DNA from: Myxococcota bacterium
GTDB taxonomy: Bacteria; Myxococcota_A; UBA796; GCA-2862545
Assembly (NCBI GenBank): GCA_039208735.1
Contig: JBCCQY010000157.1
Location: 1-22,080 of the forward strand
Length of the DNA stretch: 22,080 nt
Direction of reading: 5' to 3'
A program made the position numbers and the translations under genes. Under the pieces are notes generated by a model. That model was given only the letters and a program-made list of their open reading frames with translations. It had not been told where the DNA came from and searched no databases. The number at the start of each line of letters is the position of its first letter. The first letter of the stretch is position 1. Shown one piece after another: positions 19,623 to 22,080 of the stretch.

Positions 19623-21281
19623 TCAAAGCAGTCGGACCACAGGCTCCCGGATGAGCAGCATCCGGGACGTTTTGAGGTCGGTCACCGTCGCGGTAAGCCA
19701 CCGGTCTTGATCGATGCCGAACCGCACGTCGAGTCGCGGATGCCGATCCCCCGGTTGATGTGGTGGATCGAGAAAGCCGAGCACCGGATTGGAATCATTG
19801 AGCGGAACCACCAGTTCGCCATCTTCGGACATGGCCCGGAGTCGACCGGTCTCGTCCCAACCAACGGCCCCCGGCTCCGCACGTCCGATCTCGCAGATCA
19901 CGAGCTTGAAGATGCGTTCGGGCTCCCCCATCGGACACGTCGGAACCAAGCTACGCCGCCAAAGGTCCGGGGCGGTGGGGAACCGGGTTCCCGCGGGCAC
20001 GATGGTGGTGGTCTGCCGTGCGCCCGTCTGCGGATCGTAGACCACCATCGCGTAGTCATGAACGATGAAGTCCGCCGGAGCGAAGCCGCGGGCGGTCAGG
20101 GTGCAGGCGCCATTGGCCACTGCCTGAAAGGGCTGCCAGGCACGGACCCGATCGCGGCCGTAGCGAGCCTCCACGAGAGGAAACACCCCTGGCAGAAGGG
20201 TGGATCCGCCCACCATGAGTACATCGTCGGGCACCGCAGGGGCGTGACCTGCAATCGCGTTCCGCTCCACCTCGTCAAAACAGTCCGTGAGGGTTTGGTA
20301 GACCCCGCGTTGTTCGAGCAGGCGTACCAGATCCTTGCGTGTGACCTCAAGTTCGAGCGCCTCTCCACGCAAGCGTGCATCGATCTCGGCGGCGTGCCCC
20401 GGCGGGCGCATGGTGAACGGCTCCCGGTCCTTGTGGAAAAGCTGTTCCTTCACCCATCGCGTCTCGTCGATGAGCAACCGTCGCCAAAACGCATCCTCAG
20501 GAACACGAGTGCCTAAGCGATGGCAAATGTCCTGAAGAAGCCATCGATCGACGTGGTCTCCCCCTAGCGATCGACCCGCCTTCGCCAGTACGCGACCCCG
20601 TCCCGACTCGACGGCACGTGCATCGATCTCCACCCACGCAAGATCGAGGGTGCCTCCTCCAAAGTCGACCACCAACACATGCCGCTTTTGCTGGATCGCA
20701 AGCCCGTAGCCCGCCGCCGCCGCGACCGGCTCGTCGACGAACCGATTCACCCGCACGCCCAACGTCGCCAATGCCTCTCGGATCTCTGCCCGGTACCCTT
20801 CGTAGGCATCGACGGGAACCGTGACGGTGAGGCGCCGGATGCGCTCGCCGGTGGTGCGCTGGACCTCGGCCAGCAACTCACGGGTGTACGCACGAACCAC
20901 GTCCCGCGCGCTGAAGAGACGAGGCCCCAGTCGCGCGATCGGACGCACCGCTTCATGGGGCAACAATGCCTTAAACGATTGGACAAACGCAGGATGCATC
21001 GTCGTGACGTTGCGCTCGAGCGCGGCCCTGCCGATCCACGCTTGCCGGCCCCAGAAGGTGTGTCGAGCCACCATGGGAAGTCGCCCGAGCTGAGCCCAAA
21101 ACGACTCGTCGGCCACGAGATGCGTTGCCGATGGGATGGCGCTCGGCGCAGTGAATGGAGGTTCGCCCGAGGGATCTCGGCACACCTCGGGCAGATGGAC
21201 GACTTCAGGCCGACCAAGCTCGGCATCCCACCGCGCCAGAACCGTATTGGTCGTTCCGAGATCGAGGGCCCAGTGGGTCAC
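19623..21281 (-). CDS. Hsp70-family protein (atypical, not canonical DnaK)
   Basis: ALDLGTTNT, VTVP, VDEPVAAAAGY, VVDFGGGTLD, LGGDHVD and VLMVGGSTLLP. The start is one of the GTGs at 21281-21302; about 552 aa. Confidence 0.9.
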   Translation of the reverse strand: MTHWALDLGTTNTVLARWDAELGRPEVVHLPEVCRDPSGEPPFTAPSAIPSATHLVADESFWAQLGRLPMVARHTFWGRQAWIGRAALERNVTTMHPAFVQSFKALLPHEAVRPIARLGPRLFSARDVVRAYTRELLAEVQRTTGERIRRLTVTVPVDAYEGYRAEIREALATLGVRVNRFVDEPVAAAAGYGLAIQQKRHVLVVDFGGGTLDLAWVEIDARAVESGRGRVLAKAGRSLGGDHVDRWLLQDICHRLGTRVPEDAFWRRLLIDETRWVKEQLFHKDREPFTMRPPGHAAEIDARLRGEALELEVTRKDLVRLLEQRGVYQTLTDCFDEVERNAIAGHAPAVPDDVLMVGGSTLLPGVFPLVEARYGRDRVRAWQPFQAVANGACTLTARGFAPADFIVHDYAMVVYDPQTGARQTTTIVPAGTRFPTAPDLWRRSLVPTCPMGEPERIFKLVICEIGRAEPGAVGWDETGRLRAMSEDGELVVPLNDSNPVLGFLDPPHQPGDRHPRLDVRFGIDQDRWLTATVTDLKTSRMLLIREPVVRLL

Positions 21282-21375
21282 GAACACGCCTGACTTCACC
21301 ACTCCGAGAGTCTTAGCCCCAAAGCGGCTTCTTGGCCGGGCGGGTCCGCACAATCCTGTCCGCGACCGGGTGGGC

Positions 21376-22080
21376 TCAGGTGAAGGCAGGGATCCCCGTG
21401 ATCCACCGTCCCAACACCAGATTGTGAATATCGTGGGTGCCTTCGTAGGTGAACACAGACTCGAGGTTGGCCATGTGTCGCATGATGGGGTATTCGCCAA
21501 GAATCCCGTTCGCACCGTGAACATCACGCGCCACGCGTGCAATCTGAAGCGCGATATCGACGTTGTTCATCTTCGCGAGGCTCACTTGTTCATGCTGTAG
21601 TGAGCCTTCGTCCTTCAGCCGACCCAGGCGCCAAGCGAGCAACTGTCCCTTGGTGATCTCCCGGAGCATCCACGCCAACTTGTTCTGGACGAGCTGGAAC
21701 GACGCGATCGGACGGTCAAACTGGATGCGCGTCGTCGAGTAATCGCGAGCCGAGTGGAAGCAGGCCATGGCGGAGCCGAGCGCGCCCCAGGCAATGCCGT
21801 AGCGGGCGTTGTTGAGGCACGACAGCGGGCCCTTGAGCCCCTTGACGCCAGGCAGGAGGTTGTCCTTGGGAACCTTCACGTCTTGGAACACAAGCTCGGA
21901 GGTCACCGAGGCACGAAGGCTGTGCTTGCCCTTCATCTCCGGCGCCGTGAAGCCCTCGAAGCCCTTCTCGACGATAAACCCGCGGACTTCCCCGTCCAGC
22001 TTGGCCCACACGACCGCGACATCGGCCAGGGTGCCGTTGGTGATCCACATCTTGGCACCGTTGAGCAGGTAGTACTCCCC
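21376..22080 (-). CDS. gcdH: Acyl-CoA dehydrogenase, glutaryl-CoA dehydrogenase type (5'-truncated)
   Basis: LNGAKMWITNG, LKGPLSCLNNARYGIAWGALG, RIQFDRPIASFQLVQ and RHMANLESVFTYEGTHDIH. The frame is open to the window edge. Confidence 0.85.
   Translation of the reverse strand, partial: GEYYLLNGAKMWITNGTLADVAVVWAKLDGEVRGFIVEKGFEGFTAPEMKGKHSLRASVTSELVFQDVKVPKDNLLPGVKGLKGPLSCLNNARYGIAWGALGSAMACFHSARDYSTTRIQFDRPIASFQLVQNKLAWMLREITKGQLLAWRLGRLKDEGSLQHEQVSLAKMNNVDIALQIARVARDVHGANGILGEYPIMRHMANLESVFTYEGTHDIHNLVLGRWITGIPAFT

Noticed and set aside
19623..21542. Calling this gene dnaK, and using the track start at 21542
   Set aside because: It lacks the canonical DnaK linker, substrate-binding signatures and lid. 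The upstream extension overlaps the gcdH 3' end and precedes the first Hsp70 motif.

Overview
GC-rich bacterial window; the gene content (Ser/Thr-kinase-like domains, ECF sigma/anti-sigma module, STAND/TPR regulator) suggests Myxococcota, which is an inference. The left half is a signalling-type cluster. It starts with a very large minus-strand gene missing from the ORF track (5042 to the left edge; pseudokinase domain plus about 1300 aa of helical rod), followed by a three-gene module (predicted outer-membrane protein, ECF sigma, anti-sigma). Next come a roughly 750-bp mosaic palindromic repeat between convergent genes and a DUF4407-like membrane protein. The cluster ends with a roughly 1515-aa protein joining a paralogous pseudokinase, an acidic linker, an OmpR-type wHTH, a degenerate STAND ATPase and TPRs. 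The right half is mostly housekeeping: a small membrane protein, ahcY with a palindromic operator candidate, ptrB, a LamG-like lipoprotein, an atypical Hsp70 and a partial glutaryl-CoA dehydrogenase. Bases 1-113 are a perfect fold-back of 146-258 and are probably an amplification or assembly artefact. All calls are by eye; no database searches were run.
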